A DNA stretch of 64,000 nt from contig NC_068983.1 in the NCBI RefSeq assembly GCF_001194135.2, forward strand, positions 146,547,430 to 146,611,429, read 5' to 3'. Positions 1 to 13,021 of the stretch are shown here, in pieces (positions within the stretch are counted from its first letter, which is position 1; the number at the start of each line of letters is the position of its first letter). The position numbers were made by a program, and so were the translations under genes. The stretch is from Octopus bimaculoides. Lineage: Eukaryota. The notes under the pieces are model-generated. The model was not told the DNA's origin. It did no database searches and saw only the letters and a list, made by a program, of their open reading frames with translations.

Positions 1-32
1 TATATATATATATATATATATATATGCATATA

Positions 33-1358
33 TGAGGGGGTACCCAAATATAAGTGGAAACATTCTCTGCGGGACAAGCCTGTTGTAGTTCAGCTTCTGC
101 CACTAGAAGCCATTCAATGCGACCATCAGGCATTAGTCTGCTGACCAGCATCGACAAGTGCTGTTGTAGTATCATTTGGTGTGTCTTTGTTTTGCAGTGC
201 TTCTCCCCTGTTTGCTGATTTTTGCAATGGCTGAAATGAAGGGGCAATGTGCTTCCATGAAATTCTGTTTTCTGCTGGTGAAAAAGGTGGCTGAAACAGT
301 TCTCATATTTCAAACACCTTACAAAGACTCTGACATGAGCAAAACACATGTTTATGAGTGGTTTTCACACTTTAGGTCACTTGTCGCTTGAAGATCAGCC
401 TTGTTCAGGGTGACCGTCTATCTTCTGAATGAATGAAAACATCACGAATATTCATGAAAACATCATGAAAATGAACTGATCTTGGAGGATCAGCACTGAA
501 CAATTGACAAACTTGTTGATGATATAATTGGTGTGTCCTGGAGCTCCTCCCAACAAATTTTGAATGAGGAATTGCAAATGAAAAGAGTTGCAGCAGAATT
601 TGTGCCTCACTTGCTCAAGGAAGATCAAAAGCAGTCATGGCTGAATGCATGCCATGAACTGAAAGAAGTTGATCTGAACTGTTTTGCAAAGGTCATCACT
701 GGTGACAAAAGCTGGTGCTATGGCTATGACTTGGAAATGAAGCAGCAATCAAGTCAATAGAAGCATTCAATGTAACCTGCCCCCAAAAAGTATGTCAATT
801 GAAGTCCAATGTCAAGTTGATGCTGATTTGTTTCATCGATGTGAAAGGAATTGCCCACACAGTATTTCTTCCTCCCAGTCAAACTGTTAATCAGACATTT
901 TACTTTGCAGTTCTGAAATGTTTGTGCGACAAAGCAAGACAAAAATGCCCTGACCAGTGCCAGAGTGGAGAGTGATAGTTTTATCATGATAATGCACCTT
1001 TGCACACTGCCTTGAGTGTGAGACAGTTTTTGGCCAAAAATGGCATGACTCAATTTACCCAAGCCTCCTACTCACTTGAACTTGCTCCCTGCAACTTTTT
1101 TTTTTTTTACCACAAATGAAAAAAGTTCTTAAAGAAAAATCTTCTGCAGATGTGGAAGAGGTGAAGAAGAAAACGATGGAGGCATTAAAAAGCATCATTT
1201 CTCTAGAGTTCTAGGACTTCTTGAAACAGTGGAGGATGCATCTGGGCCGATGCATTGCTTCAAATGTAAAATACTTTGAAGGTGGTAAGAGTGTAAACAT
1301 GCAAACTAAGTGAATTAAATAATATTGCAAAATTTTGGTTTCTTTTGGGTACCCCTCA
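33..1358 (+). mobile_element. Full-length-size degenerate mariner (DD34D-type) DNA transposon
   Basis: Terminal inverted repeats (TIRs) TGAGGGGGTACCCAAA ... TTTGGGTACCCCTCA with TA on both sides. Broken transposase with VYEWFSHF, FVPHLL (WVPHEL-like), ITGDKSW, HDNAPLH and LAPCNF (third catalytic D changed to N), plus stops and frameshifts. Confidence 0.92.
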
Positions 1359-1992
1359 TATGTGTATATATTTGTGTGTGAGAGATTTTTCAGCAATTAT
1401 CATGCTNNNNNNNNNNNNNNNNNNNNNNNNNNNNNNNNNNNNNNNNNNNNNNNNNNNNNNNNNNNNNNNNNNNNNNNNNNNNNNNNNNNNNNNNNNNNNN
1501 NNNNNNNNNNNNNNNNNNNNNNNNNNNNNNNNNNNNNNNNNNNNNNNNNNNNNNNNNNNNNNNNNNNNNNNNNNNNNNNNNNNNNNNNNNNNNNNNNNNN
1601 NNNNNNNNNNNNNNNNNNNNNNNNNNNNNNNNNNNNNNNNNNNNNNNNNNNNNNNNNNNNNNNNNNNNNNNNNNNNNNNNNNNNNNNNNNNNNNNNNNNN
1701 NNNNNNNNNNNNNNNNNNNNNNNNNNNNNNNNNNNNNNNNNNNNNNNNNNNNNNNGTTAATATTGTTTTAAATATATCGATATTAACAATAATTGAACAA
1801 ACACAATACATCTGTTGAGTATAGAATTTGCTATAAGTTTTTTAACTGTGTCATGGATGATTTGTTCCTGGTGGTGGTTTATTCATATTTTTTGCAAAGC
1901 CATTTACCACCCCAGGTGAAAACTCATGTACATACACATATTTGCTCACTCACACACACACATATATATCTCCACATATATGTGTGTGAGAA

Positions 1993-2030
<38 letters not shown>

Positions 2031-2085
2031 CGCGTGTGCATGTGTGTGTGTGGGTGTGTTAATATGGCTACTATTGGTTTCATAC

Positions 2086-2509
2086 TGAGAGATTTTTCAG
2101 CAATTATCATGCTCGCCACATGGGATGTTGGTACATGTCTCCATCTTGGATGAGAATACATGAAACTACACAAGACTGTACAGGATTTGGGGATAAACAA
2201 ATAAATATACAGATCATGGGTGTCAATTCTTAATTGTTGCTTCCCATGCATTAACCCTGGCCATGTCCAAAATTATAAATATAAATATGAATACACACAC
2301 ATTCTGTATGGATGTCCATATACATATACAAGTGTATTCATATCAACATTTATAAATTTGGACGTGCTAATGCAAGAGAAACAACAATTAGGAGTTGTCT
2401 CCCAAAATCCTGTACAATCTCTTCAGCTTTGTGTATTCTCATCCAAGATAAAAATGAGTATCAATGTCCCATGTGACCAGCTTGATAATTAATGAGAAAT
2501 CTTCTCTCA
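2086..2509. repeat. ~424-bp degenerate fold-back (palindromic) element
   Basis: The arms align end to centre, e.g. atcttggatgagaataca at ~2143 vs its reverse complement at ~2432-2449, and atatgaatacac vs gtgtattcatat. The centre is tatgga-tg-tccata near 2310. Confidence 0.75.
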
Positions 2510-2736
2510 TCTTGAAACCAATGGTAGCCTGTTAACCCACAAATAAAGACTATTATCCATCAGTGCAGTGTTGAGAACTCATTCTCACTGCTCAATATTA
2601 ATGTATGTGTGTGTGTATGCGTATATTAATGAGCTGAAGCTCACACACACATATATGAATACATAATATGTAATTATATATGTGTGTGTGTGTTTGCGTG
2701 TGTGCATGTGTGAGTGTGTGTATGTATGAGTGTGTC

Positions 2737-2792
<56 letters not shown>

Positions 2793-3331
2793 CACACACA
2801 TTCATACACACATGCATATATATATATGTATAAAAAATGTGTATATACATTTATGAATATATATGTAGATTTGTATATTATATATTATGCATATTATATA
2901 TACATGCAATATATTCATATTTATACACCCATGCACACACACCCACGCACATATTTGTATATATGTTATATATATATATATAATACGTAAATGTATGTAT
3001 GTGTACATATATATGTATGCATGTGTATATGTGTGTGTGTGTTTTAATATTCAAATTGACATTGACATTGTTGACAATGATGTTACAGCTAGTAACAATT
3101 AGCTACACTAACACTAATTATGAATCTAACTATACAAGGAAAGAACAACAGTTTTGACTAAGTAGAATAGTTCAGATTGTTATAGTTATCTTTTTTGTTG
3201 TTGTTGCTGTAATTAATGAAGTTAATAGAAGAGATCATAAGATTGTAACTCGTCAGCATGTCGAATGTGTTGCTTCGCATGTGTGCCTGCCTGATATTTA
3301 CCAGCAATGTATTCCTGATTGATAGTTTCCA

Positions 3332-3544
3332 TCAATGTTTACCAGTTGCATTTAGTGGCCTATAAACCAGCACAGGTATGGGAGAATGATGCACCACAAA
3401 GTCACTGACACTTCCCATGAGGGTCCGTCGTGTATGACCGCGCCCTTTACTTCCCATCACAATCATTGTGGCACGTTCCTGTTTTGCTATGTCAACGATT
3501 AGTGGTCCACTTTTTCCAGCTCCAGTTCGGAATTTACCTTTTAT
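3332..3544 (-). CDS. USP gene, terminal coding exon (IKGKFRTGAGKSGPLIVDIAKQERATMIVMGSKGRGHTRRTLMGSVSDFVVHHSPIPVLVYRPLNATGKH*)
   Basis: Acceptor ttcttcaaacttgcag|, phase 0. Contains IVMGSKGRGHTRRTLMGSVS (G-2x-G-9x-GS ATP-binding motif) and HH-x-x-x-PVLV, both USP hallmarks. The spliced CDS is 483 nt = 160 aa + stop. Confidence 0.95.
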   Translation of the reverse strand: MKGKFRTGAGKSGPLIVDIAKQERATMIVMGSKGRGHTRRTLMGSVSDFVVHHSPIPVLVYRPLNATGKH

Positions 3545-3799
3545 CTGCAAGTTTGAAGAAATAAAATAAAAGTATTAATCATAAAAGAGATAAGGAGAAA
3601 GAAAAACAAGAAGAAAAAGGGATCAAATAAACATACCGATATATGAATATATAATGATGACAATGTTGATGATGACAATAATGATGGTGATGATGGTGAC
3701 GATGATAATGTTGATGATAATGACGTTCGTTGCAGCATAATGTTTTCTCAAGAGAAAGAGGATGTGCCCATAACTTTTTCAAGTCCTTTGGGATGAACG

Positions 3800-4590
3800 A
3801 GACTGATTTGGTTTATGTTCAACTTGAACAGCTGTAAGTTGACATCTGCAGGAAAAACGTAGTCAGGAATTTTAGAAGCTTGTCACTCTTAGGAGGGAGG
3901 ATTAGATGCAGTGATTACATCTGACAGAGGAGTGGGAAATACAGTGTGGGTAACAAAAAGAGGAGACACAGTTATGGCAGTTGGGTATGCGTGGAATTGA
4001 AATACAACTAGTTCTGAGGGGTAGAGGCTATATTAGTAGTGTTATAGAACAAGTACAATGAGTATACAGTATATATATATATATATATATATGGCTTAGA
4101 GGTTGTAGTGTGGTTGTAAATGAGTATTGCAAATTAGTTAGACTGTTTTCTTTTGGATGAAGCCCAAAATGTGGAACAGTGTGTATCAGCAGTGCTCTCC
4201 AAGATATGGAAGTAGTTTTCCAATAAGAGGCAGAATAGGGTTTTGTAGAGTAAATAACTTTTCAGACCAGATGTTTTTTTTCTTTCTGGGATCAAAGAGG
4301 AAAGTTAATCTTTGGAATGCAGTTTTTGCTATCATATGAAAGTGTGATTGCCAGGAAAAATCATTAGAAATTGTTGGTTACTCAACATTTCAGGTAATTT
4401 TGAGGGTTTAAATATAAAACCTAAGAGGGTGAGTTACAAGACAGATTGTGTATTAATACTACTGACAGGGACTGTCATTGTGTTGATGAGGTTATTATTA
4501 TTTCTTAGTCTTAGTTCATCCTGTACAGTTGGCTTGTACATTGGGCAGTAAGACATCTCCAATAATCCTGGTTTTGAGCATAGTCCTCTG
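3800..4590 (-). mobile_element. Old LINE reverse-transcriptase C-terminal fragment (CR1/L2/Jockey-like, tentative)
   Basis: Frameshifted minus-strand translations TLLGFIF..., AKTAFQRLTFL and YKTLFCLLLENYFHI resemble the post-RT thumb region. Highly decayed. Confidence 0.35.
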
Positions 4591-5399
4591 CATCTTTCCG
4601 GATAATGCTAAGTTACTTCAGGTCTTCATTGAAGGTAGTGCACCATGTCGTTTTGGATCTCTCTTTTTCTTTGACCCTCTGGTGGTTCCCATTGCATAGC
4701 TGTCTTGTGTATTTGTCCTTCTGGCAGTTGGAAAACATGACCTGCAAGTCTCACTCTTCTTTCTGTCACAATCTCTGCTACTGCCTGACCCAAGACTGGA
4801 TGTGAAAGGAGGAGGATGTTCAGCTAGCAACCTGTCACCAGAACCACTAAAGAAAACACACTTGTGAGTAAAACTGCAATTGCTACGGAATAGCAAGAAA
4901 TCTTATTAATTGAGCAGGTGGAGTAGTTACAGCATTGGACAAAATACTTTACAGTATTTCTCTCCTCTTTTTACATTCTTAAATTAAATCCTGAGTTCAA
5001 CTTAGCCTTTCAACCCTCTAAGGTTGATAAAATGAAATACCAGTCAAATATTGAGGTTGATGTAAACCTTCCACCTAAAATTTAAAACAACTGTTATTAT
5101 CCAGTGAGCTTGTTAAAAAAGGAAGATCGAAATCACATAATCTGGTGATCTCAGAGCAAAAAGTTGATGGGTATTTATCTCCTTGCTGGCTATATAAACA
5201 AATTTTGCACTAAAAGCCTATATGAGAGTTTCTCTAAAGGAATCTACTGCAGTAAAGTTTGTTCTAATAGGACATTCATTTTTAAGTGGGAATAAATATT
5301 ACCTCTTGGTACATATTAGCCTCTGTTGCTAATATATATTTTCAAAAAATTATTATTATGTTTTAGTTTTGCTTTAATTCATACAAGCTGCACCCATTA

Positions 5400-5690
5400 T
5401 CATTATTACTATTATGATCATCATTCTTTTAAGTCAGGCTTTGTTGGAACTCCTGGAGTCTTGCATATGTAGTGAGCTTGCTACCTGCAGCCTACAGTAC
5501 CATGCTATCCATTCTTTTCACCTATCTAATACTTTCCTGATGATTTTGGCTGTGCCAAAGAGGTAAAACTTTTGTAACAGTTCTACTGGACACTCTATTT
5601 CAATTTCCTTTATATTCCTCTTGATGCCTTCTGATGCTGTCCCCAATGACCCAACAGTAATTGGCGGGGGCCAGAATAATGAGACATAGA
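5400..5690 (-). mobile_element. 3' fragment of an R4/Dong-like RLE LINE
   Basis: Minus strand reads PITVGSLGTASEGIKRNIKEIEIECPVELLQK...LGTAKIIRKVLD, the C-terminus typical of restriction-like-endonuclease (RLE) LINEs, followed by a TAA/TGA-rich tail. Confidence 0.7.
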
Positions 5691-5929
5691 AGAAAGAATT
5701 GAGATGTTATTGAGAAGTGTGTATGGGGTGATAACAGCACACTTGTTCACATGATATTGAAAAGAAAGTGTCGTGGAAGTGCTACTTAGAAAAGTAGCTG
5801 AATGTGGAGAATATATAGAAGAGAGAGAGAGTCTTTTCCTATGTAGGCTTAGCAGAGGAATCAGCCATTTAAGTTGACAGTAGTACAGTAAGATAGGACA
5901 ATTAAGGATATAAAGGCAGGGAAAATAAG

Positions 5930-7010
5930 CTCATCATTACTGAGATGCTTGAAATATCAGGCAAAATAAGGTATATATTAATCATTTGAATTGTCAAACA
6001 TGTAATACAAGAAGGCTTCATACCCAATAACTAGTATAGCGCCATAATTGTAAGCTGTTACAAAGGCAAAGAAGATGCACTAGAGAGAGTAAATAATAGA
6101 AGCAAGCTGTTGGACCAAGTTTATGATAGTTACAGAAAGAGTTACTGCAAAATTAAGAACAAGATTAACCTAGATGTAGTGCAATATGGCTTTGTACCAG
6201 GAGTAAGAAGTAATGATATTATCTTCCTAATGAGATAACATCAAATGAAATACTAAGTTAGAAGTAAGCCTCTATGCCCAGCATTCATAGATGTCAAGAA
6301 GGCTTTCACCAAGGTCCCTCACTCTGTTATTTGGTGGACACTAAAAAAGCTAGGGGTGGATGAATCGCTAGTGAAGGCTGTACAGGCAGGTTAACAGCAA
6401 AGATAGCCTTCATATGTGGTAGGGAAGCAGGAGTATTAAGAACAAAGAGTACTCACAAAAAAGATTCAGGAGGCTCCCTAAAAACACTCAATAGATTTTG
6501 TTACCTAATTAGTAGCTGGGGTGGATACTCTGAAAGCATGGTAGCCAGAGCAAGAACAAGATAGAAAAAGTACTGACAACAAAGCGTATTTCCCTCAGAG
6601 TGAGAATCAGATTGTATGATTCTTGTGTGCTATATAGTTGTGAGATCTGGGCCCTGAATGCAGAAGATTTGCTAAGGCTAGAAATAAATAGAGTATGCTT
6701 TGCTGTATGTGAACATGAACATAATAATATAAATGTACTGTGAGAAAAGAAGTGTACAAGGGGAATCAGGTGTTGTTTACAAGAGAGAAGGCTATATTGG
6801 TATGGGCATGGGATATATATATATATATGGAGGATGTCACTGAATAAAAATGTGCTATGTTCTCCAGATAATATCCGTGGAAGAAGACATAGAAAGACAT
6901 GGAATAAAGCAGTGAAAACTGATTTCATGATGCTGAACATCACAAAAGAGATGACAAGTGACTGCAACAATTAATGATATGTTGTACTGATGAAAACCAA
7001 TTCATTCAAG
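5930..7010 (+). mobile_element. Degenerate RTE-clade LINE (RT and 3' region, internally deleted)
   Basis: Plus strand reads QYGFVPG, AFIDVKKAF-KVPHSVIWW, LGVDESLVKAVQ, SLRVRIRLYDSCV and WALNAEDLLRLE. Same family as the minus-strand RTE copies elsewhere in the window. Confidence 0.85.
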
Positions 7011-8189
7011 AAAGCTTGGCAGAGAGAATGCTAAGAAGAAGAGAGTTAATGACTGGGATGCTTTCACTGCATTTACCCACTGATACACTCAACCCTTTCT
7101 CTCAATATCCTCATTCTAGAGCCTCCCCACCTGGGATACTTTCATTGTATTCATCTTATACTCTCCCAACCCTATGACCCCTCAAGCCTTTCTTTCTCTA
7201 TTCACACTTATGACATGAGATGACACTGGATCCTCCTCATACAACCCACTTCATCACCCTTACTACTCTCTTCTCTTTCTCTCTCACTGATGAATCATAA
7301 TCCCTTTCCTTTTCTCTTCCATATTACATCCCTAAACAGTATCTTCCTGTTACTCTTTCCACTACCATCCTTTCACAGCTATAAATCTGTTCCTTTAATC
7401 ATACTTTATCTCCTTTTAGCTCCTCACCTAAAATCCTCACATTCCTTTTCTTATTCTTCTTTCATTCATGGGGCTTTTTAACTTTATAAGTTACGAGGAA
7501 ACCTTACCAATCACTCATGACAACACGCATACTGAACATAAACATTTCACTAATTTCGCCACAACATAAATGCTCTTCTACTTGATGAAAATAACTTCTT
7601 TACAATTTATTGTTAATATTTTAGCGATCCAAGGGACGCAACTTAGTGTTAAATATACTAAGTTACTGCCCCTCACAGATTTAAAAAAAAAAAAAAGGTC
7701 TCGTAGCCATTTGTAAACAAACCTGATGATTGTGGAATTAGATGGTTATAGCTGGAGCTAAGCTGGTCTAGATATCTTGTTATCAAGATGAAACTTAAGG
7801 TAGTCTATTGTAAATAAGATACTGTATATAAAATATTAATAACTCTCAAATGTAATGAATACTTTAATTTATTGATCCTTTCAACAAACGAACAGTATAC
7901 TATCTAGTCTCTACACTTACTCTTCCCAACTTATCATCCCTGAACCTTTGTTTACAATATTCACCCTCAAGTACTTATATCTGACCATCTTACAATCTCT
8001 CATACACTTTTGCAATCTCTACTCACACTCCCAGTTTTCCTGTTTCCAATCACTTCTAATCACCTATCTTGGGAGTCGATTCTAATAATTTTTATCTCCT
8101 TCTAGTTTCACCCCGATCACCTATCTTGGGTGTCCATTCTAACTACTTTTTTTTTTTTATCTCCCTCTAGTTTCACCTCTCTCACTCCC

Positions 8190-8490
8190 CTGTTCCTTCT
8201 GTGGCGATAGGCCCCTCATCTGGGATGTCACATGCTGTGATAACTTCTCCAGCGGCAACATAGTGTGTGCAGCTACCAGCCAAGGCTCTGCTACTCGTCA
8301 AGTAGCAATTTGTCAAGGTATTGGTCGCTCTCTGATAGGTTCATAGCCGAACCTGTGGCAGTGGAGACCTCTGGCTTTCTTGGCCTCCTGACCATATCCC
8401 TGCTCACCGCTATCGGAGTGGAGATGGCTGACCGCAAGTGCGAGCCCCGTGCGTCAGAGTGGCTGTTCCAGCGCATCTCCAAGGCAATGC
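8190..8490 (+). mobile_element. CRE-clade non-LTR retrotransposon RLE-domain fragment
   Basis: GDRPLIWDVTCCDNF, then after a frameshift KYWSLSDRFIAEPVAVETSGFLG...EPRASEWLFQRISKA. This matches the WD-x-TC / P-x-A-x-ET-x-G / DPR...FLFQRLS pattern of CRE-type RLE domains. Confidence 0.7.
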
Positions 8491-8801
8491 CTTTTCCATT
8501 GTTTGACTTACAGGAAATTGTACCTTTCACTCCTTGAAGTCTACACTAAATTTAGCAAATCAGATTATATGTTATGGGTCCTAGTCTTGTAGGCTGTATG
8601 GTGACCTCACTAGTGGTGGTGCAGAACACTCAGTAAAGTGGTTGACTTTAGGAAGAACTTCCAGTCATAGAAACCGTGCCAAAGTAGACATTGGTGCACG
8701 TTGCAGCCTTTAGACCCATAAAATGCTATCAAACCATCTAACCCATGACAGTAAAGAACATGGACATTAAATTATGATGATGATGGTGTGTGTGTGTGTG
8801 T

Positions 8802-8864
<63 letters not shown>

Positions 8865-9846
8865 ATACATTTGCTCTCAAATTTGCCACAGCCATGGACT
8901 TTCCACATGGATGCTCGGAAGATGAGTTACAAACTCTGACTGAGTAAGAATGACAATTAGTTTTATTTTTACAATAAAAGATGGATCATGTACCATGACG
9001 ATAGATTTAGTTTTTGAATTTTGAAATTAACAGTAATCATTTTATCATCTTGAAATGTAATACATTTATGTAATTATGATAAATTCTGCTCTATACTCCC
9101 ACTCATTCTTTATTTTGAACTTAGCAACCAAAGAGCTCTGTTTCTCTGTATATATCATCTTCCTCCTCCTCCTCCTCCTCCTCATCTTAAAGTCCACTTT
9201 TCCATGCTTGCATGGGTTGGATGGAGTTTATTGAGAAAGATTTTCTATGGATGGATGCCCTTCCTATCATCAACCCTCACTTGCTTTCAAGCAAGGTTAT
9301 ATTTCCCCATGGTCAGATATATTTCCGCAGGATATTGGAAATGAATGACATTCATTTACATTACACAATGTCAAGACAAGGACACACACACACACACTTT
9401 CATTTTGCATCTCTTTTTCCATGCTAGCATGGGTTACATCATTATGTTTGTAAGCTGTTGTTTTACATGAGAATGTTCTTCCTGTCAGTAACTCCTTGTT
9501 TTTCAAGTTAGAACTCTTTTATTTCACACATGTGTGAAGGTGCTAAGCAAGTAGGCATAATTTGTTGACAGGAAAAGTTATGATAAAACTGTTCACAGTG
9601 AGCAACCTTTGTAGAGCCTATGCATGCATGGGATCTATATATATGCCTGGCATGCATACTTACATACAAACATACATATACATACATACATACATACATA
9701 CATACATACATACATAAACACACACATAATACTCACACCCATATACAAGGATTGTTCTGAAAGTTATGCAAAAGTGGACATAACTTTTTTATCAACAGGC
9801 AAATTATTCAAATTGCAGATGTAGGTAGAATAACTCTTCCTGTAAT

Positions 9847-10368
9847 CAGTGTTTCTCAACCACCTTGTTTCTATGGACTCCTCTAATTCCTATTTCACTT
9901 GGGTGGACCCCCATAGCCATTCGATGTTTAAAAAGATCCTATTGTATTTTTATAATTAGATATTATTAGGAATTTTATAAAACAATTGTTAAAATACTTT
10001 GTGTATTGTAGAAATATAACTATTGTATGGGGAATCTGTAACCCCCCCCCATGATTTGTTAAGTGAACTATACTAGTTAGCATAAATGAGCATGTGCAGA
10101 ACAGTCTAAGAAGAGTGTCATATGCGCAGTCATAGTGTACAGGTTGTAGGAATTATTGAATAGAGATATTGTGGAGTGCTTGTTGAAGATACACAGTTGG
10201 AGAGTAATAAGAGAACATCAGGAATGTTTGATATTATAACATTCCAGATATAACAGTACAACAAGAAGTCATACAACATATCAATAACCAATTTATTGCA
10301 CATAAATTTTAATGGCAAAATCTTGTATGGACCCCAAAGGCAATGTGGACTCTAGTTCAGAACCACTG
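9847..10368 (-). mobile_element. hAT-type (Charlie/MER5-like) non-autonomous element
   Basis: Termini CAGTGTTTCTCAACC ... GTTCAGAACCACTG. The interior is the reverse complement of the element at 28988-29333 (e.g. ccatagccattc). No intact TSD. Confidence 0.65.
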
Positions 10369-10574
10369 CTCTCTATAAAAACACTACTCAACATAGTTTC
10401 CATCACAAGTGATGCATTTGTGCTATCATTGAACCTAACCCTCATATCCTCTTAGAAAAAAATTCAGGTGTCCCTGCTTCTTCACAGCCACTTTCATCTT
10501 GTTCTATACTGGACTAAACAGGTGGAATCTGAGGACACCCAGATCCAAGGTGTATGAAGAAATGAAGGACTATT

Positions 10575-11680
10575 CATCATCATCATCATCATCATCGTTT
10601 AACGTCCGCTTTCCATGCTAGCATGGGTTGGACGATTTGACTGAGGACTGGTGAAACCGGATGGCAACACCAGGCTCCAGTCTGATTTGGCAGAGTTTCT
10701 ACAGCTGGATGCCCTTCCTAACGCCAACCACTCAGAGAGTGTAGTGGGTGCTTTTACGTGTCACCCGCATGAAAACGGNNNNNNNNNNNNNNNNNNNNNN
10801 NNNNNNNNNNNNNNNNNNNNNNNNNNNNNNNNNNNNNNNNNNNNNNNNNNNNNNNNNNNNNNNNNNNNNNNNNNNNNNNNNNNNNNNNNNNNNNNNNNNN
10901 NNNNNNNNNNNNNNNNNNNNNNNNNNNNNNNNNNNNNNNNNNNNNNNNNNNNNNNNNNNNNNNNNNNNNNNNNNNNNNNNNNNNNNNNNNNNNNNNNNNN
11001 NNNNNNNNNNNNNNNNNNNNNNNNNNNNNNNNNNNNNNNNNNNNNNNNNNNNNNNNNNNNNNNNNNNNNNNNNNNNNNNNNNNNNNNNNNNNNNNNNNNN
11101 NNNNNNNNNNNNNNNNNNNNNNNNNNNNNNNNNNNNNNNNNNNNNNNNNNNNNNNNNNNNNNNNNNNNNNNNNNNNNNNNNNNNNNNNNNNNNNNNNNNN
11201 NNNNNNNNNNNNNNNNNNNNNNNNNNNNNNNNNNNNNNNNNNNNNNNNNNNNNNNNNNNNNNNNNNNNNNNNNNNNNNNNNNNNNNNNNNNNNNNNNNCT
11301 CTGACGGGTATTCACATTGACATTACACATCCAACGGAGCATACTGGCTTCATTCCTTGCGAGCTTACGTATGTCCTCAGCAGTTACAGCCCATGTTTCA
11401 CTGCCATGTAGCATGGTTGTTCGTACGCATGCGTCATACAGTCTGCCTTTTACTCTGAGTGAGAGTCCCTTTGTCGCCAGCAGGGGTAAGAGCTCTCTAA
11501 ACTTTGCCCAGGCTATTCTTATTCTAGCAGCTACACTTTCAGCGCACCCACCCCCACTACTAACTTGGTCGCCCAGATAGCGGAAGCTATCGACTACCTC
11601 TAGGTTTTCACCCTGGAATGAGATAGAAGTTGTTTCCTGTTTGTTGACCAGCCCAATTTGCCAATTGCTTGATTTGATAC
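10575..11680 (-). mobile_element. RTE LINE 3' part with its abundant non-coding tail repeat (spans an N-gap)
   Basis: ORF MLHGSETWAVTAEDIRKLARNEASMLRWMCNV. The 3' end carries GGAAGGGCATCCAGCTGTAGAAAC and ...CATGCTAGCATGGAAAGCGGACGTTAAACGATGATG (minus strand). Confidence 0.85.
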
Positions 11681-12016
11681 CAAAGATGTGTGCAATTTAA
11701 ATGACCTATTATGCTCACCTTCGTACTGCTATTGTGGCTACCTTTATGTGTGTATACCTGCATGCGTGTATATTTCAATTCAGTAAATTCATTGCCAAGG
11801 CTTTTTTTGGTTTGGGGCTACAGGAGAAGACACCTACCCAAGACTGTGAGGGTGAACCCAAAACTCTTTGGTTGTGAAACAAATTTCTTAACTACACAAC
11901 CATGCTTTTGTACACACACACACCATAAATGATCTTGACAAGCTTATCTCTGACACTTAATCATATCTTTGCAGTTTTGGACAAAAAGAAATAAGTTAAT
12001 GTTAGTTTCAACCAAC

Positions 12017-12099
12017 CTGGAGTTTTTGCAAATGTTCTTTGCATCTTTCTTCTACTGTGTCAAGTTTTTCATCCATCTCATGGAGAATCTGTTGCAACA
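12017..12099 (-). CDS. USP gene, coding exon 3 (M-LQQILHEMDEKLDTVEERCKEHLQKLQ)
   Basis: Acceptor tagctgtttcag| and donor |gttggt. 83 nt, phase 1-0, fitting exon 2 and exon 4. Encodes an amphipathic charged helix where USP helix alpha-2 is expected. Confidence 0.85.
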
Positions 12100-12985
12100 C
12101 TGAAACAGCTACAATTACAGGTAGAAGGAGAGAGAAATAAATTTAACAATCAATAATACATCAATAGTTCTCTATGTCTGCTACATTTCTTAAAAAGTTG
12201 CATGTCTACATGTATTAGTAATGCTAATGCATACAAATAAATATGTCTCCAATGATAAACACAGAGGAACAACTGTCATGCTCTGAATGAATCCATCACT
12301 AGAATCTATGTGCACACAGAAACAGAACAGACACTAAATAGAGTACAACATGTCTATGTTGTCAAAACACATCGCATGTTGGAATACGCAATAAGGTTTT
12401 CAGCTACATAAAAGTACATCATGCATGAAACAAGCCATTTAACTGCCATGGGCTTACTTAATTAGAAATGACCTATGGCTGTACAACAACAACAACCAAA
12501 TACAGTTGAGGAATAAAATATATATATACACACACACTGAAACAAGATTGTTGTGTGTGTGTGTGTGTATTTTTGCATGCACCTTTGTCTATACATCACA
12601 TGGTGATTGTAAATAAACATCCCCATCATAAAAGTAGGTTTTTTTCATTTCCAATTTTCTGGGAAAAATATGTCTAGCTATGGAAAAATATTATCTTACT
12701 TGGAGACAAGTGACAGTTGGTGACAGAAAGAGCATCCAGTCATAGAAATCATCCATCAACAAATTCCATTTGATCAATGCAAGCTTGGAAAAATAATCAT
12801 TAAATAATGATGACCGATAGAATAAGTACTAGGCTTACAAAGAATAAGTCCTGGGGTTGATTTATTTGACTTAAGGTGGTGCTCCAGCATGACCGCAGTC
12901 AGATGACTGGAACAAATAATAGAATAAAAGAATACACACACACACATCGTCCAACCCATGCTAGCATGGAAAGCGGACGTTAAAC

Positions 12986-13021
<36 letters not shown>

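Noticed and set aside
4618-4896. 92-aa minus-strand ORF
   Set aside because: No recognisable domain or splice context. Probably a repeat 5' fragment, but not assignable by eye.
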